A DNA stretch of 28,984 nt from Thermovirgaceae bacterium (lineage in GTDB: Bacteria; Synergistota; Synergistia; Synergistales; Thermovirgaceae): contig JBKHBH010000021.1 in NCBI GenBank assembly GCA_046542505.1, forward strand, positions 1 through 28,984, given 5' to 3'. Under the pieces are notes generated by a model. It did not search any database and was not told the DNA's origin. It worked only from the letters and a program-made list of their open reading frames with translations. The first letter of the stretch is position 1. The number at the start of each line of letters is the position of its first letter. Positions 1 through 8,220 of the stretch are shown here, piece after piece. The position numbers and the translations under genes are program-made.

Positions 1-12
1 AAAATGTCCAAA

Positions 13-939
13 TCATGACGATAAAATATGAATCCAGACTGGTACAGAAATGAGCGACAATAAAGTACCCGCTGCTACAGCTTCAGCAGCATATTCACCA
101 TCCATTCCCATTCCATTGGCAACAACGAAATTGTTTATTGCCGCAGGCATGCAAGCGATAAGCACCATGGTTTTTCTCACAAGCGGTTCTGCGGGAATTA
201 CGGTAAATAACAACAAGATCAAAAGCGGATGTAAGAGCAATTTCACCGTTACATCCCACCACGATTCCAAAAGTGCGTTTTTTAACCTGTTAAACTTAAG
301 AGACGCACCAAGAATCAATAGAGCCAGACCACTTGCCGTGTTACCTAATATTTCAAAAGCAGAGTCCAGCCAGAGTGGTAATGAAGAAATCCCAATCAAG
401 GATGCCAACAATCCAAGTAAACATCCCCAAATCAAGGAATTTTTCGCCAGTGAAGAACAAGTACTTATTAGCGCGTTTTTCGCAAACGATCCGGTTAATA
501 CAATTTGTGCCCACAGAATAGGAATGAGGTTGTATCCGACAAGGCCAACGGCAAAGAATAGCGAAAGGACTTCAAAACCTTCCTGGCCAAACACCAATGT
601 CACAACAGGTATCCCCATGTAGATATCATTGGTGCGGACCGATACAAGAGCTGAAACGGCTAGTCGTTTCTTGTCCTTGCGAAAAAGAGAGCTTGCGAGG
701 GAAGAAAACGGTGGCAATACAAGAAAAGCCAGATGCACAACTAAAAAAAGATTCAGATTAGAGAATACCTGCATTCCTACGGTTAACACCGTTCTAAAAA
801 GCAATACTGGTAGTATAACCCAAAAAAGCATGCCTGTTATTTTGGGTATGGTTTCTGAATCTAAAATACCAATTCGCCGCAACCCATAACCCAGAGAAAT
901 CACGACCAATATCGACAAAACCACATTGAACCCATGCAT
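13..939 (-). CDS. AEC (auxin efflux carrier) family transporter
   Basis: About 10 hydrophobic segments. AEC-like motifs 'LFWVILPVLLF', 'N..YMGIPV', 'KLLLHPLL', 'MPAAINNFVVA'. Start moved to ATG 939 (GGAGG at 949-953). Confidence 0.85.
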   Translation of the reverse strand: MHGFNVVLSILVVISLGYGLRRIGILDSETIPKITGMLFWVILPVLLFRTVLTVGMQVFSNLNLFLVVHLAFLVLPPFSSLASSLFRKDKKRLAVSALVSVRTNDIYMGIPVVTLVFGQEGFEVLSLFFAVGLVGYNLIPILWAQIVLTGSFAKNALISTCSSLAKNSLIWGCLLGLLASLIGISSLPLWLDSAFEILGNTASGLALLILGASLKFNRLKNALLESWWDVTVKLLLHPLLILLLFTVIPAEPLVRKTMVLIACMPAAINNFVVANGMGMDGEYAAEAVAAGTLLSLISVPVWIHILSS

Positions 940-1024
940 GATCGCAATCCTCCGTCTCGCTCTTTTGTACAATATTCGTCAAGGCTCTCTTCTACGGCAA
1001 AAACTTGACAGGGTTCAGGCAGTG

Positions 1025-1064
1025 AAGTGAAAGAGTGGAGAGGCAGATTCTCCCTCCCCACTCT
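1025..1064 (-). terminator. Probable intrinsic terminator after rplS
   Basis: Minus-strand 12-bp stem AGAGTGGGGAGG/CCTCTCCACTCT (one G-U pair), followed by TTCACTT, just after the rplS stop. Confidence 0.65.
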
Positions 1065-1075
1065 GAGGCACATTT

Positions 1076-1423
1076 CTAGAAGCGGCGCTCCCTGATCCTT
1101 GCCGCTTTTCCGCTCCGCTTTCTCAAGTAATAAAGCTTCGCTCTCCTGACCCGGCCGTGTCTGACTACTTCGATGCGGTCGACGGACGGGCAGTGAACCG
1201 GGAAAATCCTTTCGACACCGATTCCGCCGGAAACCTTCCTGACGGTGAAGGTTTCCCGCGCACCGCCGTGCTTCCTCGCGATAACGACACCTTCAAACAC
1301 CTGTATACGCTCCCTGTTTCCTTCCGTCACCCGTACATGCACCTTCACGGTGTCACCTGCTCGAAACTCGGGCACATCCTTGCGTACAAACTTGTTTTCT
1401 ACAAGAGCTATTTTCTGATCCAT
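1076..1423 (-). CDS. rplS: 50S ribosomal protein L19
   Basis: '[22 protein letters not shown]', '[18 protein letters not shown]', '[10 protein letters not shown]'. Located after trmD. Confidence 0.99.
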   Translation of the reverse strand: MDQKIALVENKFVRKDVPEFRAGDTVKVHVRVTEGNRERIQVFEGVVIARKHGGARETFTVRKVSGGIGVERIFPVHCPSVDRIEVVRHGRVRRAKLYYLRKRSGKAARIRERRF

Positions 1424-1457
1424 CCTGTATCCCTCCCAGTAGGAACATTCATTCTAT

Positions 1458-2642
1458 TCAGTAACGGGAAAACCCAAAAAACCGGTCCAGCGTGACCGCG
1501 AGACTCCCCGGAAGAGACAGTTCGCCTTCCTCGGCTTCCGTATTCCCGAAACCTGACCGCTTCCCGAGGCCGTCTCCAAAATGACCAAAACAGAAGATGA
1601 CAGGGCTTCCCTTTTCGAGAATTTCCCGTTTCACCTTTCTCAGAGCAGTGCCTGTACCACTTCGGAAAACGCCTATGTGGACCACGCAAGGTTCCGCTTT
1701 TTCCCGCTTTTTCACCCATTCCGACACGCCTTCGACTGTCCGTGCGGGTTTCAGAAAACCCGGACTTGCAGCTTCCGAGAAACGTTCTTTCAGCCTTTTT
1801 ACGCACTTTCTGGCTTCTTTTTCTCCCCTGCCGGACACCAGGAAGGCTTTTTTGCAACCCATTGCGGCTGCATCTTCTGCAAGCGCGAGAACAATCCCGT
1901 CAGATTTGTCTTCTTCATCCAGAGTGACGTTGAAAAGGGCGTAAGCTCCTTTCCGGAGATATGGCCGTATATCCGCATTCTCGAGAAGATCAGGCCTTCT
2001 TTCAAGGGTCCGCTTGATGGCCTCCTGTCTCCTCCAGGCCTTGACAGCCCCATGATCGCCGCTCAGAAGGACCTCCGGAACCTTTTTCCCTTGCCATTCT
2101 GCAGGCCTCGTATAGTGGGGCGTGTCGAGCATCCCTCTGAAAAAGGAATCCTCCTCGACGGCCTCCGCTTTTCCCACGACTCCCGGTACCTGTCTTGAGA
2201 GAGTATCCATCAGGACCATGGCTGGAATCTCTCCCCCGGTCAGGACGAAGTCTCCGATGGAAACCTCCATGTCCACCGATGATTCGACGAATCTTTCATC
2301 CACACCCTCGTAGTGACCACACAGAAGGATGAGATGACTTTCCTTTGCCAGTTCTTCTACGAGTCCCTGATCCAGCTTCCGGCCCTGTGGGCTCAGAAGA
2401 ATCACCTTTGCGGCGTTGTTTTCCACCGCCTTCACAGCCCGTGCGAGGGGTTCCGCCATCATCACCATTCCACCGCCGCCATAAGCGTAATCATCGATCT
2501 GGTTGTGCGGGGCTTCTGCGAAATGCCTAGGGTTCAACACTTCGTGGCTGATCAGGCCTTTTGTTGCGGCTCTGCCGATAATGCTGGTTTCGAAAAAGGG
2601 TTCGAAAATTTCCGGAAAGGCACTGATCACCGTAAACTTCAT
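1458..2642 (-). CDS. trmD: tRNA (guanine37-N1)-methyltransferase TrmD with ~170-aa C-terminal SPOUT-like extension
   Basis: 'DDYAYGGGGMVM', 'LSPQG', 'CGHYEGVDER', 'SIGDFVLTGGE', 'PHYTRP', 'LLSGDH'. ATG 2642 overlaps the rimM stop (ATGA). Confidence 0.97.
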   Translation of the reverse strand: MKFTVISAFPEIFEPFFETSIIGRAATKGLISHEVLNPRHFAEAPHNQIDDYAYGGGGMVMMAEPLARAVKAVENNAAKVILLSPQGRKLDQGLVEELAKESHLILLCGHYEGVDERFVESSVDMEVSIGDFVLTGGEIPAMVLMDTLSRQVPGVVGKAEAVEEDSFFRGMLDTPHYTRPAEWQGKKVPEVLLSGDHGAVKAWRRQEAIKRTLERRPDLLENADIRPYLRKGAYALFNVTLDEEDKSDGIVLALAEDAAAMGCKKAFLVSGRGEKEARKCVKRLKERFSEAASPGFLKPARTVEGVSEWVKKREKAEPCVVHIGVFRSGTGTALRKVKREILEKGSPVIFCFGHFGDGLGKRSGFGNTEAEEGELSLPGSLAVTLDRFFGFSRY

Positions 2643-3172
2643 AAATCCCACAGACCCTCGAGCAATCGCACAGAGATGATGCCCCTGTCGAGGTCCACCA
2701 GCCTGATGACATCCCTGATGGCTGGAAGCATCTTCCTGGAACCCTCCGGCGTCTCAACAACGTAAATATCGTTGCCTCCGGTGGGAAAAACCTCGCAGAC
2801 GACCCCCAGCGTCGTGCCGCTTTCCTCGTCCCTCACAGAAAGCCCGATGATATCATCGATCCAGAATCCGTCATCGGGCAATGGAACCCGTTCTTCAGGA
2901 GGGATCTTCACGATGAGCCCTTTTATCGCCTCGGCGCCGTCCCTGTCGACAATTTTCGCCGCCTTCGCCAGATACTGGTTCTTCCCTTCCTGAAACCGTA
3001 TCGAAAGGATTTCCAGACTCATTCTATGTCCGCCGTCGGGACTGTACAGTTCCAACCGGTCCATCTGTTCGAAGCGACCGGGGAAATCCGTCAGTGGAAC
3101 GATTCTGAATTCCCCGCCGACGCCATGCGCTCCGGCAATCCTGCCGATAGTAACCAATTCCGCTGCGGACAT
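2639..3172 (-). CDS. rimM: Ribosome maturation factor RimM
   Basis: 'IGRIAGAHGVGGE', 'FWIDDIIGL', 'TGGNDIYVV', 'LPAI'. Synteny. Start at ATG 3172, 6 nt after GAGGTG. Confidence 0.96.
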   Translation of the reverse strand: MSAAELVTIGRIAGAHGVGGEFRIVPLTDFPGRFEQMDRLELYSPDGGHRMSLEILSIRFQEGKNQYLAKAAKIVDRDGAEAIKGLIVKIPPEERVPLPDDGFWIDDIIGLSVRDEESGTTLGVVCEVFPTGGNDIYVVETPEGSRKMLPAIRDVIRLVDLDRGIISVRLLEGLWDL

Positions 3173-3182
3173 GTTCAACACC

Positions 3183-3428
3183 TCAATCTTCCAGGATGTC
3201 CACGTCCACCTTATCGCCGGGCCTGACTGCCGCAGCTTTCGCGATCAGTCTGATGGCGTTGATGGTTGCTCCATGCTTCCCGATAACCCGCCCGATGTCC
3301 TCGGGGGCAGTTTTGACCGAGAGGTTCACTACTCCCGACTCCGTTCTTTGAGCCGTGATCTGGACTTCCTCCGGTTTCGTGACAATGTGACTCACCACGA
3401 AACCCACAAGTGCCTCATAGTCAGGCAT
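3183..3428 (-). CDS. khpA: KH-domain RNA-binding protein KhpA (YlqC)
   Basis: 'DIGRVIGKHGATINAIR' GxxG KH motif. Lies between rpsP and rimM. Confidence 0.95.
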   Translation of the reverse strand: MPDYEALVGFVVSHIVTKPEEVQITAQRTESGVVNLSVKTAPEDIGRVIGKHGATINAIRLIAKAAAVRPGDKVDVDILED

Positions 3429-3437
3429 GGGCCTCGC

Positions 3438-3707
3438 CTACTGCTTTTTGCCGGCCGTGAACTTTTCCCAGACGCCGCACTTTGCGAGCAGGGATCTGGC
3501 CGTTTCAGAGGGAAGTGCACCGTTGCCGAGCCAGTAAAGTGCACGCTCCTCTTCGATTTTTATTTCCGAAGGTTCCTTCATGGGATCATAGGTGCCGATC
3601 TGCTCGATGTAGGAACCGTCCCTGGGTGCCCGGTGATCGGCCACCACAAGCCTGTAAAAGGGTTTCTTCTTTCGCCCGAACCTTGCAAGTCTGATTCGTA
3701 CCGCCAT
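3438..3707 (-). CDS. rpsP: 30S ribosomal protein S16
   Basis: '[38 protein letters not shown]'. Start ATG 3707 is best spaced from GGAGGTG. Confidence 0.99.
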   Translation of the reverse strand: MAVRIRLARFGRKKKPFYRLVVADHRAPRDGSYIEQIGTYDPMKEPSEIKIEEERALYWLGNGALPSETARSLLAKCGVWEKFTAGKKQ

Positions 3708-3766
3708 GTACATTGCACCTCCGTCTTTTTAAAATCCTCCACCACTGCGACTTTCCCGCTTTTTTC

Positions 3767-5101
3767 TCAGAAAGGCAAGCCGCCAGGGAGCTTCATTTTT
3801 TTGCCGCCCTTGCCGAAACGCTTCATAAGTTCCTGCATCTGCTTGTGCTGGGCCAGCACCTGATTGACGGTCTGAACCGTCGTTCCCGACCCTCTTGCAA
3901 TTCGTCTCCTCCGGCTCCCTTTTATGATTTTCGGGTTTCGGCGCTCTTCGGGAGTCATCGAAAGGATGACGGCTTCTATCCGCTTGATCCGGTCCTGGTC
4001 AACCTCGGCGTCGGCAAGCCCCTTCAGCCTGTTTGCCCCGGGAAGCATCTCGATGACCTTGTCCAGGGGGCCCATTTTCCTGAGCTGCCTGATCTGCTGA
4101 AGCAGGTCTTCCATGGAGAACCGTCCCTTGCGGAGGGATTTCGTCATTTCTTCAACATCGGTATCTTCAGTAGCCTGTCGGACTTTTTCCGCCAGACCCG
4201 CCATGTCCCCCATGCCCAGGATTCTCTGCGCCATTCGCTCGGCGTCAAAAGCTTCCAGGTCCTCAGACCGCTCACCGGTTCCGACAAATTTTACCGGGAC
4301 TTCAGCCACCGCCCTGGCACTCAGAAGCGCACCGCCCCGTGCGTCGCCGTCGAGCTTGGTCATAACGAGGCCCGATAAACCGAGCCTTTCGTGAAAGGCT
4401 TTCGCAACATCGACGGCTTCCTGGCCGGTCATGGCATCAAGCACAAGAAGAATCTCCCGTGGTTCAAGCTCACTTTTCATGTGTTCTAGCTCCGCCATCA
4501 GATTCTCATCCATGTGGAGCCGTCCGGCCGTATCGAAAAGGAGCACGTCGTACAACCGCTGTCGTGCATATTCAACGGCCCGCTTCACGAGGGAGACTAC
4601 GTCCTTTTCTCCCGGCTCGGGCCCGAAAAATCCGATACCCGCCTGGTCGGCCAGTATCGACAGTTGCTCAACCGCAGCGGGCCGTTTCAGGTCACATGCC
4701 ACAACCAGCGGTTTGTGCCTGCCGGAAATGTTTTTGGCAATCTTGACGCAGCTTGTCGTCTTGCCTGCTCCCTGAAGGCCCACGAGCAGACAATGCGTGG
4801 GAGGCTGGGGCGCATAGTTCAGCCCTCCCCTGGTCTTGCCGCCCATCAGCTCGGTCATTTCTTCGAAGACAATGGTCTGAACCTGTTGTGCCGGAGTAAT
4901 GGATTCCAGGACAGCCTTCCCGAGTGCCCTCTCACGGATGCGACTCACGAGATCCTTGACGACCTTGTAGTTGACGTCCCCTTCGAGCAACGCCCGTCGG
5001 ACTTCCCGGGTGGCTTCCGTAACATCCTGTTCGGTAAGCTTCCCCCTGTCACGAAGCTTTCCAAAAACGTTTTCGAGCCTGTTCCTTAAAGAATCAAACA
5101 T
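3767..5101 (-). CDS. ffh: Signal recognition particle protein Ffh
   Basis: 'MFDSL', 'GLQGAGKTT', 'DTAGR', 'TKLDGDARGG', M-domain 'SRRRRIARGSG'. Confidence 0.99.
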   Translation of the reverse strand: MFDSLRNRLENVFGKLRDRGKLTEQDVTEATREVRRALLEGDVNYKVVKDLVSRIRERALGKAVLESITPAQQVQTIVFEEMTELMGGKTRGGLNYAPQPPTHCLLVGLQGAGKTTSCVKIAKNISGRHKPLVVACDLKRPAAVEQLSILADQAGIGFFGPEPGEKDVVSLVKRAVEYARQRLYDVLLFDTAGRLHMDENLMAELEHMKSELEPREILLVLDAMTGQEAVDVAKAFHERLGLSGLVMTKLDGDARGGALLSARAVAEVPVKFVGTGERSEDLEAFDAERMAQRILGMGDMAGLAEKVRQATEDTDVEEMTKSLRKGRFSMEDLLQQIRQLRKMGPLDKVIEMLPGANRLKGLADAEVDQDRIKRIEAVILSMTPEERRNPKIIKGSRRRRIARGSGTTVQTVNQVLAQHKQMQELMKRFGKGGKKMKLPGGLPF

Positions 5102-5468
5102 GCAGCCTGCCCGTTCCCTCCGTTTCTTCAGCCTCGATAAGTCCCCTCAGATCTTCCGTGATATCCGTCGGAAGGGACAATCCCTGTTCGATGCAGATGC
5201 GGCTGAGATTCTCAAGGGCCTCCGTCAACCGGCTTTCCCTTTCAAGACAGCCGAGGAGTTCTTCGAGTTCCTTGAGACGGTCCCTGGCACGTTGAAAAAG
5301 GTCATGAACACCCTGGCGCGTCATGCCGATGGTCTCGGCGATCTCCGCAAGCGACCAGTCCCGTTCGTGATGCAGCATGAAGATCTGACGCTGTTTTTCC
5401 GTCAGCAGGGGGCCATAGATGTCATAGAGCCGATCCAGCTGGATCTTTCTGGTTAATCTGTCATCCAT
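5094..5468 (-). CDS. ylxM: YlxM family DNA-binding/SRP-associated protein (sigma70 region-4-like HTH)
   Basis: 'LYDIYGPLLTEKQR', 'DWSLAEIAE..GMTRQGVHD..R', 'LEELLG'. Overlaps the ffh start. Confidence 0.95.
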   Translation of the reverse strand: MDDRLTRKIQLDRLYDIYGPLLTEKQRQIFMLHHERDWSLAEIAETIGMTRQGVHDLFQRARDRLKELEELLGCLERESRLTEALENLSRICIEQGLSLPTDITEDLRGLIEAEETEGTGRLHV

Positions 5469-5496
5469 TTTTTCCCTTCCCCCTATAGGCAGGGAA

Positions 5497-5525
5497 ATTA
5501 TAGGGATTGAATGAAACGGTGTCAA
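5497..5525 (-). promoter_or_regulatory. Consensus sigma70/sigmaA promoter of the ylxM-ffh-rpsP-khpA-rimM-trmD-rplS operon
   Basis: Minus strand TTGACA (5525-5520), 17 bp, TATAAT (5502-5497): a perfect consensus. Confidence 0.9.
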
Positions 5526-5541
5526 GGAAAAATACTTGACA
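5520..5541. promoter_or_regulatory. Inverted repeat TGTCAAG-N8-CTTGACA overlapping the -35 (candidate operator)
   Basis: Perfect 7-bp arms at 5520-5526 and 5535-5541 with an A-rich spacer. Confidence 0.5.
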
Positions 5542-5602
5542 GCGACGAATAACTTTCCGCCGCTGTCTTCAGCGCTGATATGGCAAAAATTTCAACACTG
5601 AT

Positions 5603-5917
5603 CTAGGCTTCGTCCTGTGTATGGGTATGGTTGCGGGAATGCCCGTGCCCATGAGAATGGCCGTCGGGGGCAAACGCCCGTGCTTCCACATCCCTCAGCA
5701 GATCCCAGAGATCCCTGAGCATTTCGCGCTTCTTCGCAATGAGATGCTCAAGGGCATGTGTCGTCACGTCATCTTCTACCATATGCCAACGGGCCGAAAG
5801 ATTGTTCATGGCCTGAAGCTCTTCCGACAACGTTTCCCGAAGGAGCTCGGCGATTGAAAGGGGATCTTCCACATGGCCGTGCATACCTGACGAATCGGGT
5901 GTAATAACCTGACACAT
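5603..5917 (-). CDS. Small ferritin-like (EncFtn-like half-ferritin) protein with His-rich C-terminal tail
   Basis: Strong RBS AAGGAGG. Two amphipathic helices 'LRETLSEELQAMN...LEHLIAKKREMLRDLWDLL'. Tail HSHGHGHSRNHTH. The CDS is well supported; the family call is tentative. Confidence 0.6.
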   Translation of the reverse strand: MCQVITPDSSGMHGHVEDPLSIAELLRETLSEELQAMNNLSARWHMVEDDVTTHALEHLIAKKREMLRDLWDLLRDVEARAFAPDGHSHGHGHSRNHTHTQDEA

Positions 5918-5951
5918 ATTCAAACGCCTCCTTGTTTGTCTTCGACGAGCT

Positions 5952-5980
5952 AGATTAACACGATATTCTCCGTCTGTCAC
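5952..5980 (-). promoter_or_regulatory. Probable promoter of the ferritin-like gene
   Basis: GTGACA-17 bp-TAATCT with an extended TGn -10. Confidence 0.5.
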
Positions 5981-6062
5981 ACTCCGGAAAGCCCTTCATT
6001 GTGCCCCTTCCGCCTTTCTGCCAAAATAGGGGCCATACCAGGGTCTGAAAGGAGAGATGTCC

Positions 6063-6725
6063 ATGAACGCCATGCAGGAGAAAAACACCCCTATCTGGCA
6101 AACACACCATTCCAACATCGGACAGACCGTTGTCAAGGCACTCAACGACAAAGAGTATACCGCGTCCTATGTCCCTACCGCAACGGAAGCCGCAAGAGCC
6201 GTCTGTGATCTCGTTCCGACGGGTTCAAGCGTCGGGATACCGGGAACATCGACGATTCGCGAACTGAATCTTCTCGAGCTGCTCGAGAAGAAAGGCTGCA
6301 ACGTTTTTCATCACTGGGACCCGAACCTGTCTGCTGATGAAAAACTGACACGACTCCAGGAGGAACTTGCCAGCGATTTCTACCTGACAAGCTCAAATGC
6401 GGTCACCCACGACGGAATGCTCGTCAATATCGATGGGACCGGAAACCGGGTAGCGGGAATGGCATGGGGTACAAACACTCTTGTCTTCGTCGTCGGCATC
6501 AACAAAATCTGCCGTGACCTCGAAAGCGCAATTCAGCGCGTAAAAGATACAGCGACCCCCCCGAACGCCCTCAGGCTCAGCATTGACGTGCCCTGTACGA
6601 AAACCGGTCACTGTGTCGACTGCAACAGCCCCAACAGGCTCTGCCGGGCCACACTGATCCTTGAACGACCGCCCCTTGGCCGCGATGCTCACGTGTTCAT
6701 CGTCGGCGAAGCGCTCGGATACTGA
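6063..6725 (+). CDS. LUD-domain (LutC/YkgG-like) lactate utilization family protein with C-terminal Cys cluster
   Basis: 'DFYLTSSNAVTHDGMLVNIDGTGNRV', 'VVGINKI', 'PCTKTGHCVDC..PNRLC', 'IVGEALGY'. Confidence 0.9.
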   Translation: MNAMQEKNTPIWQTHHSNIGQTVVKALNDKEYTASYVPTATEAARAVCDLVPTGSSVGIPGTSTIRELNLLELLEKKGCNVFHHWDPNLSADEKLTRLQEELASDFYLTSSNAVTHDGMLVNIDGTGNRVAGMAWGTNTLVFVVGINKICRDLESAIQRVKDTATPPNALRLSIDVPCTKTGHCVDCNSPNRLCRATLILERPPLGRDAHVFIVGEALGY

Positions 6726-6733
6726 ACACCCCC

Positions 6734-6768
6734 GGGCGGGGCCCTGAAACCCGGGCTTCGCCCTTTTT
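6734..6768 (+). terminator. Intrinsic terminator after the LUD gene
   Basis: 11-bp stem GGGCGGGGCCC/GGGCTTCGCCC (two G-U pairs) followed by TTTTT. Confidence 0.8.
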
Positions 6769-8218
6769 ATCTCCTCCACGCTGCAGGCAAAAAGAGTATC
6801 ATGACGGTGTAAATCTCGAGCCTTCCCAAAAGCATGCAAAAAGACAACACCCACTTCCCGGCAGTCGGAATGTGGGCATAGTTTTCCGTCGGCCCGACTG
6901 TTCCCAGACCAGGACCGATGTTTCCTATCGTCGCTGCGACGCTTGCAATAGCCGTCAGGACATCTACACCAAGGGCCGCCATGACAAGGGCAGCCAAAGC
7001 GAAGAGTCCCATATAGAGAGCGAAGAAAGCCGTCACGGATCCCATGACATCGGTACTGATCGCCTTTTTCCCTACCCGAACCGGAATGACGGCTTTCGGA
7101 TGAAGGAGCCGGTGGAGTTCTCCTTTTACCTGCTTGGCGAGCAACATGATCCGTATATTTTTCATCCCTCCACCGGTCGACCCGGCGCAGCCCCCTACAA
7201 ACATGAGAAACAGCAAAAGATATTGGATATAAAAGGGCCACTTTTCATAATCCGCCGTAACATAACCCGTTGTGGTTATGATACTGACGACCTGGAAGGC
7301 CCCGTACCGCAACGAATCCATGACGGTTTCGTAGGTGCCGCTGGCGTAAAGCAACGCCGAGGCGGTCCCTATGGAAAAGATGAGAATCTTGACGTAAAAC
7401 CGAAACTCCTCATCCTTCCACCAGGCCGACAGTTTCCCGGTAAGCATCAGGTAATGGAGTGCGAAATTCGCTCCGGCCAGAAACATGAACACGATGATGA
7501 CCCAGTCAAAATAAGAGCTGTTGTATTGGCCGATACTTGCGTTGAGAGGCGAAAACCCGCCCGTGGCCATGGTACCGAAGGTGTGGGTCAGGGCCTCGAA
7601 AACCTCCATGCCGCCCAAAAGCAACAGGGTCGTCTCCAGGAGGGAAAAAAGGAGATACACTCCCCAAAGCAGGAGAGCTGTTTGTCTGACCCGTGGTGTC
7701 AGTTTTTCCGGCGTAGGGCCGGGGACCTCGGCACGATAAAGCTGCATGCCGCCGACCCCCAGAAATGGCAGTACAGCAAGGCTCAGGACAATGATTCCCA
7801 TGCCGCCGAGCCAATGCGTCAGATCGCGCCAGAACAGGATGCCCCGGGGATTCGACTGGATATCCTGCAGGACCGATGCTCCCGTTGTGGTAAAACCGGA
7901 CATGGCTTCGAAAAAGGCGTCAGTGTAAGTGGGTACGCTCCCGTAAAAAAGAAATGGAAGGGCCCCGATAACCGAAGCCATGATCCATGACAATGAGACA
8001 GCCGCAAAAGCCTCCCTGACACCCAGGTCCCGCGTGCCGGCCCGCCGGCCCAGCGCGTAAAGGACCCCCGCGAAGGAAAGACCGCAGAAAATGCTGGCGA
8101 GAAAGGCCTTTACATCCTCTGTTCCGTCCTTGAGAGCCCACGCCAGGGGCCATAACATGAACAGCGAAACGATAGCAGCCATCAGGGCGAGCACCTTGAG
8201 AAGAACCCGAACGCGCAC
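6767..8218 (-). CDS. trkH: Trk potassium uptake membrane protein TrkH
   Basis: Four pore motifs 'SGFTTTGAS', 'MATGGFS', 'ITTTGY', 'IGNIGPG', plus 'GGCAGSTGGG' and 'LLGRLE'. Confidence 0.97.
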   Translation of the reverse strand: MRVRVLLKVLALMAAIVSLFMLWPLAWALKDGTEDVKAFLASIFCGLSFAGVLYALGRRAGTRDLGVREAFAAVSLSWIMASVIGALPFLFYGSVPTYTDAFFEAMSGFTTTGASVLQDIQSNPRGILFWRDLTHWLGGMGIIVLSLAVLPFLGVGGMQLYRAEVPGPTPEKLTPRVRQTALLLWGVYLLFSLLETTLLLLGGMEVFEALTHTFGTMATGGFSPLNASIGQYNSSYFDWVIIVFMFLAGANFALHYLMLTGKLSAWWKDEEFRFYVKILIFSIGTASALLYASGTYETVMDSLRYGAFQVVSIITTTGYVTADYEKWPFYIQYLLLFLMFVGGCAGSTGGGMKNIRIMLLAKQVKGELHRLLHPKAVIPVRVGKKAISTDVMGSVTAFFALYMGLFALAALVMAALGVDVLTAIASVAATIGNIGPGLGTVGPTENYAHIPTAGKWVLSFCMLLGRLEIYTVMILFLPAAWRR

Positions 8219-8220
8219 GC

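Noticed and set aside
6872..7990. 372-aa plus-strand ORF and many other long antisense ORFs (e.g. 3171-3863, 21844-22599, 23110-24000)
   Set aside because: They are shadows of well-supported genes on the opposite strand in GC-rich DNA, with no recognisable motifs.
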